Shown: one piece after another, positions 37,958 to 49,802 of the stretch
How the letters are laid out: every line of letters starts with the position of its first letter
How positions within the stretch are numbered: position 1 is the first letter of the stretch
Origin: Macrostomum hystrix
Lineage: Eukaryota > Animalia > Platyhelminthes
NCBI GenBank assembly: GCA_950097015.1
Contig: CATNEN010000012.1
Span: 992,001 to 1,056,000 of the forward strand
Direction: 5' to 3'
Length of the DNA stretch: 64,000 nucleotides
Translations under genes and position numbers: made by a program
Notes under the pieces: generated by a model
What the model saw: the letters and a program-made list of their open reading frames with translations, nothing else
Told to the model about the DNA's origin: nothing
The model's database searches: none

Positions 37958-40900
37958 ATGAATGATTTCTTAAAAGATGAGATCCTTCAGAGGAAAAGAA
38001 AATTAGAGGAACTTAAAGTTCTTGTAAGTCAATTTTCATCTGTCACGATAACTTTAATATATTACAGCTATGGTATAGGGGCCTATAGTTAAAGTTGCTA
38101 AAAACATTGACAATGATGATTTTACAATGGTTTGAGACAGTAGCATATCTTAATAATAACATAACTTAACAGCATAACCTTATTATAAATTATCATGTAA
38201 AATATGAGTAATGCATTAGTGAGTGTAACTGGTGGCAAATTATTGAATAAAACCAAACGAAGCAACAAAGCATGCCTTTACTTTAGCTATGCATGTTATT
38301 CATCCATTATCACAAAAAATTGCTTACAATACTGTTTCCCGAAATAATAGGCCTAACAAACTAGAATAGCTATTTATACTATATAAGAGTTAACAATAGT
38401 TATGATATGATGAGAAAATTGATGGCCTTGATTATCAAGATGTTATTACCATTAGGGGTAGCAATATTGCACATTTAGACATTTAATATGATAATAGTTT
38501 TTTATAAATATGACTATATTCATAGTCTGGGCACTATGCCAATAGTCATAATAGTGACAGACAGAATCATGGACTAGTTTATCAGGATGATAAGAATTAT
38601 AGCCAATAGTCTTTGACTCATTGACTCATAGGGGTACCTGGACACTTTGTCATCTTACAACTTCGTCATCCAGATGACAATCTGTCCAATATCTCAGAGG
38701 GTGGATTACGAAGAGACTTACACTTGTGGACACTTTGTCATCTATAAAACAAAAGTTTTCAAAGTTAGAACAGAACCACCCCTCCCCACCTCCTCACATC
38801 GTGTTGGCACCTATCTTTCAACTCTTATAATGAAATCAGTTTTGACACCTCTTTTTGACAATTTAGAGTGTGAAGTGTGTTCACACCTCTGCCCCACCAC
38901 CCTACCCTCACTTTATTGATGACGAACTTGATTGCTTGTTATTAGTAGATGACAAACTGACCAAACTTTGAAGCATGCCAATTGGCTGGATGACGAAGTG
39001 TCCTACCTTCCAAGTGGATAACGAAGTTGTAAGATGACAAAGTGTCTAGGATCCCTCATAGGCCCTAGCTCATTTTAATTGGAATTTGAGTTACTGAAAA
39101 GAGTTATTGGAGTTAAAATTTATTATTCATTCATTTATTAGACTGTTCATATACTAAACTTACTTGATACTTGTAACATAGCCACTCATAATATTATATG
39201 TTAGATTAGCTACTATTAAATAATCCTATTAGAATAAGTGTTTAAAACCCACAGATGCACACTTTAAACTTGAGAATGATTGAAAAAGATAAACTTTTGT
39301 TTAGGAACTTGCTTAGGACTATGCAGTTTTTGCCTGCTTTGGGGCTATACATGCGCAACCTCCCAAATCTTAGCCGGCCTTGCGACTTAGTTTTTGCTCT
39401 CATTTGCGACTTAGTTCGTTTCATTGCTCTATTTACGACTTAGTTTGCTCTCATTTGCTCTCTTTTTCTCTCCCCTTTTTCCTTTTCTTCACGCCTTCCT
39501 TTTTTGTCCCTTGGTCCCCCCTTTGATTTTTTTGCGCTTGGTCGATTGGTTTTTGCGACTTACCTTGCTTGGCCCTCGTTTCACTTAGCCGGTTTGGCCG
39601 GGTCGGCCGGGTGTTGCGCATGTATGTTTGGGGCTAATTAAAAATTTTTTATTAAAATTATGGAATTAGAATTTAATTGATAGCTTTGAGTGAATGATAA
39701 CATCTCAATTAGCCAATCTCAAACTTGATCTCATATTGTGGTCCAGGAATGTAGATGATTACAGTTAAACTGAACAAGATGCACTGAATATGTGAATGTG
39801 AAGTATGGTTGTGAAATGTTTAAGTGTTGTTTCTGTTCTTCCTTGTAAATATGAAATTTGACAAAAAAAGATTATCTGAACATACACAAAATCAATAACA
39901 ACACAACGACACAAGTATGACATGACACATCAATAATGACTGTTCCAATGAGCTCAAAGTGATTGCATTTCAATTGGCAAACCTCATAATTGTTGGAGAA
40001 TTTTCAGACAAGAAGTTTTAGACTTCAAATTTATTGAAATTTGAAAATGACATAACAAGGGCTATAGGCCATGCCCATGCCACACCTACCACCCACACAT
40101 TGTTTTTGAAAAATGTATATAATACTACAAAAAGTCCGCAAACAAAACATATTGATATAAAGCAAGTGATCATCTGTGATAAATAAGATATGTTAGAAAA
40201 TCAATTCTTCGCAGTTAAAACAACAGTCGCACATATCATTAATTATTTTCTATTCCGTCCTATCAGGAAGGCGGTAAGAAGTACTTCCGTCGAGGCGAAC
40301 TAGCCAAAAAGGAGGAAGAAGCCTACACTGCTAAGCACAGTTCCAGCGGTTCCAAATCCGACGCCGAGGTCAAAAACTCGTCTGGCTCAGCCGCTGTCAA
40401 AGGTGACGGCACAGCGGAGCAGAAGAAGGATAGTCGGTCTGGTCACCACCAGATCAACATCCGAGAAGTTCGCCGACGTCTGCGCGAACGAAATCAGCCG
40501 ATTAGATTGTTTGGCGAGACTGACGATCTAGTTAGGGCTAGACTCAAACTGCTCGAGTCTGAGGACACAGAGGATAAGGGCCTGCGTAACGACCTGCAGG
40601 CCGCTATGGAGAAGGTCAGAGACGGATTTGACACTTGCATCTCTGCTCTGCCTCTACACTGTGATTCACCTCATCTAACATCTGTGTATATCTCATCTCC
40701 CATCTCACAGTGTATCTCATCTCCCATCTCACAGTGTATCTCATCTCCCATCTCACAGTGTATCTCATCTCCCATCTCACAGTGTATCTCATCTCCCATC
40801 TCACAATGTATCTCATCTCCCATCTCACAGTGTATCTCATCTCCCATCTCACACTGTGTCTCATCTCCCATCTCACAATGTATCTCATCTCCCATCTCAC

Positions 40901-43268
40901 AGTGTATATCATGTCCCATCTCACAGTGTATCTCATCTCCCATCTCACAGTGTATCTTATCTCCCATCTCACAGTGTATCTCATCTCCCATCTCACAGTG
41001 TATCTCATCTCCCATCTCACAGTGTATCTCATCTCCCATCTCACACTGTGTCTCATCTCCCATCTCACAATGTATCTCATCTCCCATCTCACAGTGTATC
41101 TCATCTCCCATCTCACAGTGTATCTCATCTCCCATCTCACAGTGTATCTCATCTCCCATCTCACAGTGTATCTCATCTCCCATCTCACAGTGTATCTCAT
41201 CTCCCATCTCACAGTGTATCTCATCTCCCATCTCACAGTGTATCTTATCTCCCAATCAATTACCGCACCCGCAGGCTGATGCTGACTACATTCGCGAACT
41301 GATGGACAAGGAGCGCGGCTCTCAGGCATCTGGCGGCGGTAGCGGCAGCGTCAATCTAGACGTGCAGACCAAGGACGCTCATCTGGATGACGACCAGAAG
41401 CGCGAACTGGCTGCTAAGCTGGCCGATCCCAAGCTGCACGAATTCGAGCTCATGGACGGCGTGCTCCGCTGCTTCAAGCACGTCCTGTGCACCTGGGGCA
41501 GCCGGCTGAATGCTCGCTCCGCCGAGGAGAAACAGAGCAACAGGTGGGCCGTTTAATAGTCTATGGGGTTGTAGGGCCATTTGCGAGTAATAGTCTATGG
41601 GGTTGTAGGGCCATTTACGAGTAATAGTCTATGGGGTTGTAGGGCCATTTACGAGTAATAGTCTATGGGGTTGTAGGGCAATTTACGAGTTATAGTCTAT
41701 GGGGTTGTAGGGTCATTTACGAGTAATAGTCTATGGGCTTGTAGGGCCGTTTGATAGTATATGGGTTTGTAGGGCCTTTGATAGTCTATGGGTTGTAGCG
41801 ACATTTGATATGTAGGGATTAGCCAGCAGACAGACAATGGAGTATGTAGGGATTAGCCAACAGACAATGGGATATGTAGGGATTAGTCATCAGCCAATGG
41901 GATATGTAGGGATTAGCCAGCAGACAGTCAATGGGATATGTAGGGATTAGCCAAAGACAGACAATGGGATATGTAGGGATTAGCCAACAGACAGACAATG
42001 GGATATGTACAATAGGATATGTAGGGATTAGCCAGCAGACAGACAATGGGATATGTAGGGATTAGCCAGCAGACAGACAATGGGATATGTAGGGATTAGC
42101 CAGCAGAGAGACAATGGGATATGTAGGGATTAGCCAGCAGACAGACAATGGGGTATATAGGGATTAGCCAGCAGACAGACAATGGGATATGTACAATAGG
42201 ATATGTAGGGATTAGCCAGCAGAGAGACAATGGGATATGTACAATAGGATATGTAGGGATTAGCCAGCAGACAATGGGATATGTAGGGATTAGCCATCAG
42301 ACAATGGGATATGTAGGGATTAGCCAAAGACAGACTATGGGATATGTAGGGATTAGTCATCAGCCAATGGGATAAGTAGGGATTAGCCAGCAGACAGACA
42401 ATGGGGTATATAGGGATTAGCCAGCAGACAGACAATGGGATATGTACAATAGGATATGTAGGGATTAGCCAACAGACAGACAATGGGATATGTACAATAG
42501 GATATGTAGGGATTAGCCAGCAGACAATGGGATATGTAGGGATTAGCCATCAGACAATGGGATATGTAGGGATTAGCCAAAGACAGACTATGGGATATGT
42601 AGGGATTAGCCAGCAGACAGACTATGGGATATGTAGGGATTAGCCAGCAGACAGACTATGGGATATGTAGGGATTAGTCATCAGCCAATGGGATAAGTAG
42701 GGATTAGCCAGCAGACAGACAATGGGATATGTAGGGATTAGCCAAAGACAGACAATGGGATATGTAGGGATTAGCCGACAGACTTGGTTCAGACTAAGTT
42801 AGATAAGTATTGCCTTCCGATCTGTCTAGCTAGTGTTTTCCCCACTCCCATCCTGAGTTCAGAGGTCGCCTAGAGAGCGGCAAGTACACCCAGACGGTGG
42901 AGTACATCCAGCCGCTGTTCAAAGCGTTGAAGGAGCACCGAGTCGCTTACGACATCGCCGACAGTCTGGCCCGGGTGGCCCGCAACCTGCTGTCTAGGAA
43001 TTACATCGAGGCCAACGCGGCCTACATGGAGCTGGCCATCGGCAATGCGCCCTGGCCTCTAGGCGTCACCAATCACGGCATTCATTCCCGACCCGCTCAA
43101 GCCGGCATTCACGCCAAGAACGTCGCCCACGTGTTGAACGACGAGACACAGAGAAAGTACATCCAGAGTATTAAACGGCTGATGTCTCTGGCGCAAGAGT
43201 TCTTTCCAACAGATCCGCACAGATGCGTCAATTATATGGGACCAAACATGCCCAGCTACCGCCTGTGA
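37958..43268 (+). CDS. PRP18: Pre-mRNA splicing factor 18. Exons: 37958-38023, 40267-40614, 41275-41543, 42863-43268
   Basis: MNDFLKDEILQRKRK, KKYFRRGEL, the PRP4-like motif RRLRERNQPIRLFGET, and the Prp18 domain (ANAAYMELAIGNAPWPLGVT...AHVLNDETQRKYIQSIKRLM). Phases are consistent. Confidence 0.95.
38632..39055. mobile_element. Non-autonomous DNA transposon (MITE) with ~41-bp TIRs and a 6(-7)-bp TSD
   Basis: Left TIR GGGTACCTGGACACTTTGTCATCTTACAACTTCGTCATCCA; right TIR (reverse complement) GGGATCCTAGACACTTTGTCATCTTACAACTTCGTTATCCA. TCATAG flanks both sides. Confidence 0.88.
39346..39626. mobile_element. hAT-type MITE (281 bp)
   Basis: 14-bp TIRs TATACATGCGCAAC / GTTGCGCATGTATG and a perfect 8-bp TSD TTTGGGGC at 39338-39345 and 39627-39634. 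Confidence 0.88.
40680..41255 (+). repeat. 24-bp minisatellite (TGTATCTCATCTCCCATCTCACAG) in PRP18 intron 2
   Basis: 23 units, 18 of which end in CAG. Confidence 0.97.
41545..42780. repeat. Two adjacent G-rich minisatellites (28/34-bp, then ~30-34-bp units) filling PRP18 intron 3
   Basis: ATAGTCTATGGGGTTGTAGGGCCATTT units from 41545 to ~41810, followed by GGGATATGTAGGGATTAGCCAGCAGACAGACAAT units. Confidence 0.95.
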
Positions 43269-43590
43269 CAGTTTTGACAGCTCTAAAAATCCCACAAAAA
43301 CATGGTGTATGACGTTTGCACAGTTTAAGAAGGAGGTTGTCGACTATTTAAATGGTGTTACTTTTACTTCTATGATTGTCTTAATGTGTTATATTATAAT
43401 ATGTAAAATTTTATTAAATTAAATCGGTGTAAATTAATCGAAATGGGATTATATAAGTGCAGCGGTGAAATTTAAGTACAGAAATGAATTTTTACTTATG
43501 GTGCACTGTTTATAATATCCTAAAAATAGATTCCATGACATTTAGGGGTAAACATGTGATCATTTGTATACAAATCATTACTGTATCCAT

Positions 43591-44424
43591 CAAGCACGTC
43601 CTGTGCACCTGGGGCAGCCGGCTGAATGCTCGCTCCGCCAAGGAGAAACAGAGCAACAGGTAAGGCAATTTGATAGTCTATGGGTTTGGTGGGCCAGTTG
43701 TTATTTTGTGGGTTTGTAGGGCCATTTAATAGTCTATGGGGTTGTGGGGCCATTTGATAGTCTATGGGGTTGTGGGGCCATTTGATAGTCTATGGGGTTG
43801 TGGGGCCATTTGATAGTCTATGGGGTTGTGGGGCCATTTGATAGTCTATGGGGTTGTGGGGCCATTTGATAGTCTATGGGTTTGTACGGCCATTTGATAG
43901 TCTATGGGTTTGTAGGGCCATTTGATAGTCTATGGGTTTGTAGGGCCATTTGATAGTCTATGGGGTTGTGGGGCTATTTGATAGTCTATGGGTTTGTAGG
44001 GCCATTTAATAGTCTATGGGGTTGTGGGGCCATTTGATAGTCTATGGGGTTGTGGGGCCATTTGATAGTCTATGGGTTTGTACGGCCATTTGATAGTCTA
44101 TGGGTTTGTAGGGCCATTTGATAGTCTATGGGTTTGTAGGGCCATTTGATAGTCTATGGGGTTGTGGGGCTATTTGATAGTCTATGGGTTTGTAGGCCCA
44201 TTTAATAGTCTATGGGGTTGTGGGGCCATTTGATAGTCTATGGGGTTGTGGGGCCATTTGATAGTCTATGGGTTTGTACGGCCATTTGATAGTCTATGGG
44301 TTTGTAGGGCCATTTGATAGTCTATGGGGTTGTGGGGCTATTTGATAGTCTATGGGGTTGTGGGGCCATTTAATAGTCTATGGGGTTGTGGGGCCATTTG
44401 ATATGTAGGGATTAGCATGTGATA
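43591..44424 (+). pseudogene. Duplicated fragment of the PRP18 exon 3 end plus intron 3 start, flanked by 37-bp direct repeats
   Basis: CAAGCACGTCCTGTGCACCTGGGGCAGCCGG...AGCAACAG matches ~41475-41543 and is followed by an expanded 28-bp array. The flanking repeats are at 43554-43590 and 44425-44461. Confidence 0.9.
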
Positions 44425-44712
44425 ATGTGATAATTTGTATACAAATCATTACTGTATCCATAATGGTCGGTGAGACAAGTATGGGAAAATGCTTAGAGCT
44501 TTTGAGGCCGAGAGAGGCATTGACATTCGTTCTGCCTGACGATAAGCAAGACAGGGCAGATGTACTCGTACGCACCTAAGTATGAGATTGCCACACTGCT
44601 CATCTGCTCAGTGACAAATATTGTAAGTCAAAAGGAAACGCCGACGAAGAAACTATTGTAATGAAGCCGTTGTCCAATTGTCAAAAACAAACATATTGAA
44701 GATGTACGAGTT

Positions 44713-47700
44713 TCATTGACCCGGCGATTGAGTCGCTTCAACAATGCGCTTGGCTGTTGGACTTTCATCCCGGAGTACCAGCAGCGAAATGATTGGACCA
44801 GTGACCTGTATGACATGGCGTGGTAATGGGATGTAACTAGTGGGAATGAGAGTGAGGTAGCTAGTGGGAATGAGAATGAGGTAGCTAGTGGGAATGAGAA
44901 TGAGGTAGCTAGTGGGAATGAGAGTGAGGTAGCTAGTGGGAATGAGAGTGAGGTAGCTAGTGGGTATGAGAGTGAGGTAGCTAGTAGGAATGAGAGTGAG
45001 GTAGCTAGTGGGAATGAGAGTGAGGTAGCTAGTGGGAATGAGAGTGAGGTAGCTAGTGGGAATGAGAGTGAGGTAGCTAGTGGGTATGAGAGTGAGGTAG
45101 CTAGTGGGTATGAGAGTGAGGTAGCTAGTGGGAATGAGAGTGAGGTAGCTAGTGGGAATGAGAGCGAGGTAGCTAGTGGGAATGAGAGTGAGGTAGCTAG
45201 TGGGAATGAGAGCGAGGTAGCTAGTGGGTATGAGAGTGAGGTAGCTAGTGGGAACGAGAGTGAGGTAGCTAGTGGGAATGAGAGTGAGGTAGCTAGTGGG
45301 AATGAGAATGAGGTAGCTAGTGGGAATGAGAGTGAGGTAGCTAGTGGGTATGAGAGTGAGGTAGCTAGTGGGAATGAGAGTGAGGTAGCTAGTGGGAATG
45401 AGAATGAGGTAGCTAGTGGGAATGAGAGTGAGGTAGCTAGTGGGTATGAGAGTGAGGTAGCTAGTGGGAATGAGAGTGAGGTAGCTAGTGGGAATGAGAG
45501 TGAGGTAGCTAGTGGGAATGAGAGTGAGGTAGCTAGTGGGTATGAGAGTGAGGTAGCTATTGGGAATGAGAATGAGGTAGCTAGTGGGAATGAGAGTGAG
45601 GTAGCTAGTGGGTATGAGAGTGAGGTAGCTATTGGGAATGAGAATGAGGTAGCTAGTGGGAATGAGAGTGAGGTAGCTAGTGGGAATGAGAGTGAGGTAG
45701 CTAGTGGGTATGACGGTGAGGGATGGAGCAGCTTCACCTGTCCAATGATCTCCGAATCCCAGCCGTCGGGTTGGTCGCAATGGCCGCTCGTGTCGAAGCC
45801 GTTGATCTCCAGGACGCGGTCGCCTGGTCGGAGTCGGCCGTCCCGGTCAGCCGGACTGTCAGGCTGCAGGCTGTCTACGAACAGCCCGACAGGAGGCTGC
45901 CTGGAGTGTCGGAGTATGTTGGAAAGCGTGAATATTGTGGGGTAGCTAAGGTGCAGAATGGCTCATTTGTACCGTCTGCACAATAGCCTGATCCCAAGCC
46001 GGCCGCCTGAGCTGCTTGGATTTCGACAGATACAGATTCTCAGCAGCTGCGGCGCATTGTCGCCAGTCAGCGCCTGACTTCGCCTGTCGGATGCGGCGCC
46101 GTCGCCTCGCCAAATTGTTATAGTGCATTCAGGTTTTGAAGTGTCTGACAAGGCCTGCTTGGCCTCGCTGTGAGTTGCCGCTGATAGGTAGCAATCGTTA
46201 ACCTTAAGTTTGAAGTTTTTGTGTGAAGTGTGAGAACAAGAACTGGTGTGTGACAGACTGGTATGAGGTGTGAGAACAAGAACTGGTGTGTGACAGACTG
46301 GTATGAGGTGTGAGAACAAGAACTGGTGTGTGACAGACTGGTATGAGGTGTGAGAACAAGAACTGGTGTGACAGATTGTGTGAGAATAAGAAGCTTCCAT
46401 ATTTCCAGGTCGCACCGACCTGCAGTATGACGTCACCCGGCCGCAAACGGTCGTCTGTGTCCGCCAGACCGCCAGGTAAAATTCTCTGAATAAGCACGCA
46501 GCCCTGTCAAGATTGTTGGCAAACTTTTTCATTTACCGACAGCCTTGTTAATTTTTTTTCATCCTACAAGATTTTTCTCAGTATTCTGAGAAGCATACTC
46601 ATCTATGTTTCTCAGAATATATCATTCCTGTTTTCTAAAGTGATCATATTCCAGTTTTATATTATGTATACCTATTCCTGTTTCCTAGAATATCCCAATA
46701 AAAAGACCAGTCCCACTACAGATCCATGGTTCCTAGAATATCCCATTCCTGTTTCCTAGAATATCTTTATTACTATTTCCTAGAATATCCCATTCTGTTT
46801 CCTGAAATATCACTATTTCTGTTTCCTAGAATATCCCCATTCCTGTTGCCTAGAATATCTCCGTTCCTGTTTCTTGGAATATCCCATCCCTGATTCGTAG
46901 AATATCTCTATTCCTGTTTCCTAGAATATCCTTATTACTATTTCCTAGAATATCTCATTCTGTTTCCTGGAATATCACTATTTCTGTTTCCTAGAATATC
47001 CCCATTCCTGTTGCCTAGAATATCTCCATTCCTGTTTCTTGGAATATCCCATCCCTGATTCGTAGAATATCTCTATTCCTGTTTCCTAGAATATCCTTAT
47101 TACTATTTCCTAGAATATCCCATTCTGTTTCCTGGAATATCACTATTTCTGTTTCCTAGAATATCCTTATTACTATTTCCTAGAATATCTCATTCTGTTT
47201 CCTGAAATATCACTATTTCTGTTTCCTAGAATATCCCCATTCCTGTTGCCTAGAATATCTCCGTTCCTGTTTCTTGGAATATCCCATCCCTGATTCGTAG
47301 AATATCTCTATTCCTGTTTCCTAGAATATCCTTATTACTATTTCCTAGAATATCTCATTCTGTTTCCTGGAATATCACTATTTCTGTTTCCTAGAATATC
47401 CCCATTCCTGTTGCCTAGAATATCTCCATTCCTGTTTCTTGGAATATCCCATCCCTGATTCGTAGAATATCTCTATTCCTGTTTCCTAGAATATCCTTAT
47501 TACTATTTCCTAGAATATCCCATTCTGTTTCCTGGAATATCACTATTTCTGTTTCCTAGAATATCCTTATTACTATTTCCTAGAATATCTCATTCTGTTT
47601 CCTGGAATATCACTATTTCTGTTTCCTAGAATATCCCCATTCCTGTTTCCTAGAATATCTTTATTACTATTTCCTAGAATATCCCATTCTGTTTCCTGGA

Positions 47701-48829
47701 ATATCACTATTTCTGTTTCCTAGAATATCCCCATTCCTGTTGCCTAGAATATCTCCGTTCCTGTTTCTTGGAATATCCCATCCCTGATTCGTAGAATATC
47801 TCTATTCCTGTTTCCTAGAATATCCTTATTACTATTTCCTAGAATATCTCATTCTGTTTCCTGGAATATCACTATTTCTGTTTCCTAGAATATCCCCATT
47901 CCTGTTGCCTAGAATATCTCCATTCCTGTTTCTTGGAATATCCCATCCCTGATTCGTAGAATATCTCTATTCCTGTTTCCTAGAATATCCTTATTACTAT
48001 TTCCTAGAATATCCCATTCTGTTTCCTGGAATATCACTATTTCTGTTTCCTAGAATATCCTTATTACTATTTCCTAGAATATCTCATTCTGTTTCCTGGA
48101 ATATCACTATTTCTGTTTCCTAGAATATCCCCATTCCTGTTGCCTAGAATATCTTCATTCCTGTTTCCTGGTATATCCCATCCGTGATTCCTAGAATATC
48201 TCTATTCCTGTTTCCTGGAATATCCCCATTCATGGTTCCTTGATTATCCTTTATTCACGTTTCCTGGAATATCCGTTTTATGATTCTTATAATATCCCTA
48301 TTCCTCACTAAGGAAGTATCACAGCCTCCGACGAAACTAATCCCAAGGCTTTTGTTGCCTTCGCGTGGCAGCCGAACACTCGCCGTTATGCCAACGTCTT
48401 GGATGTTGTCTGCGGCTACGGAATCACAGTCAGCACTGTTGTCACTTCCAATCTCGTTGTGTATTGAAAGGCCTGCTGATTTTTTAAACATTTGCAATTG
48501 AACTTTTCATTTCAATTTGTAATCTGTGACTTAGCTTCGTTAAAATAAAAAATTTGAAGGGTCATGCAGTTCAAATGACTGAATGTCATTCCATCATAAT
48601 ACATTATATTTTTTATCGAAACTCACCTGGCAGAGATGGCTGCTGTCTATGGTAAAAATTGCTGCACATTGCGAAGCGTCCGTTGCAGCGACTTTAAAAA
48701 ATAGGTTAAATTCTTTATTATCGTTTACTAATTTGAAAATATGAAAATATTATTTGAAAATAACCCAGACCTCCTCACCTGCATTGTCTGGTCGACAACG
48801 GCTTGATATCAGCCAGCTTGTCTAGCAGT
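44713..48829 (-). CDS. Multi-PDZ protein, LNX-like, 5' part unresolved. Exons: 48779-48829, 48627-48691, 48309-48472/48475, 46420-46503, 45973-46202, 45738-45945, 44713-44805
   Basis: Two PDZ domains (GNKSLGISFVGG...ILPGGLAD...RLRPGDVILQVN; LFVDSLQPDSPADRDGRLRPGDRVLEING). An upstream LLDKL...C..C segment resembles the post-RING region of LNX1/2. Phases are consistent. Confidence 0.8.
44835..45715. repeat. 24-bp minisatellite (GTAGCTAGTGGGAATGAGAGTGAG) in the last intron of the PDZ gene
   Basis: About 36 units. Confidence 0.97.
46230..46385. repeat. 40-bp minisatellite (~3.5 units) filling a short PDZ-gene intron
   Basis: TGAGAACAAG recurs at 46231, 46271 and 46311. Confidence 0.9.
46680..48240. 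repeat. 23/24-bp minisatellite (TCCTAGAATATCCCCATTCCTGTT) with higher-order structure
   Basis: Ordered monomer variants with a 165-bp recurring block. Confidence 0.95.
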
Positions 48830-48970
48830 CTGCATTGAGTTAATTAAATTCAAATTAATATGCACTGAATACTACCATTCTGATTCATACAATATCCCCG
48901 ATTCCTGTTTGCCAGTGTATTCCCAACACTGATTTAGACTGCATGGCCATCAGGAAACTTAATTTCCCGT

Positions 48971-49340
48971 GTAGAGATGAGACAATGGAGAGATGAGACA
49001 CGGGAGAGATGAGACAGTGGAGAGATGAGACACGGGAGAGATGAGACAGTGGAGAGATGAGACAGTGGAGAGATGAGACAGGGGAGAGATGAGACAGTGG
49101 AGAGATGAGACAGTGGAGAGATGAGACAGGGGAGAGATGAGACAAGGGAGAGATGAGACAGTGGAGAGATGAGACAGAGGAGAGATGAGACAGTTAAGAG
49201 ATGGGACAGTAGAGAGATGAGACAGTGGAGAGATGAGACGGGGGAGAGATTAGACAGGGGAGAGATGAGACAAGGGAGAGATGAGACAAGGGAGAGATGA
49301 GACAGGGGAGAGATGAGACAGGGGAGGGATGAGACAGTGG
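48971..49340 (+). repeat. 16-bp GA-rich minisatellite (GAGAGATGAGACAGTG)
   Basis: Same family as 11455-12700; inverted relative to 49803-50810. Confidence 0.95.
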
Positions 49341-49802
49341 CAGAGTAGTTGCGGCACAGGCCAGCAGACGCATCTGGCTAGTGGGGCGAAGGTATAGCAT
49401 CCCAGAATGTTCGCACTGTGATGTTTATCAAGTGTGGCAGTGCATGCATGGCAGCACCCATTAGTGAAGCTGGCTGCACAATGCTTCTCTGGTTTCGGTC
49501 CTAGATACCATCGCTCAAACCTGTCAGGCTGTCAGCTCGATCAGCCGGGGAGACCCGGCCCCTAGTGACTAATTCGTGGCAGCTGTGCCCCAAACCCTGG
49601 GGCGAGAATGCCAGAGGACGGTTTGTCTGCCGACTGTCATGAATTGCCAAAAATTCGAAGACAAAAAGGAACGAATATTGTGCTTGCTGAAATGTGCTGG
49701 CCTGGGGGCGCTGAAGGTAGTCACTTTCTAAGAAAGAAACTACCAAGCATTGATACTTCAGCAGAAATGTACTTTCACTTTAAATACTTCCATACGATTC
49801 AT

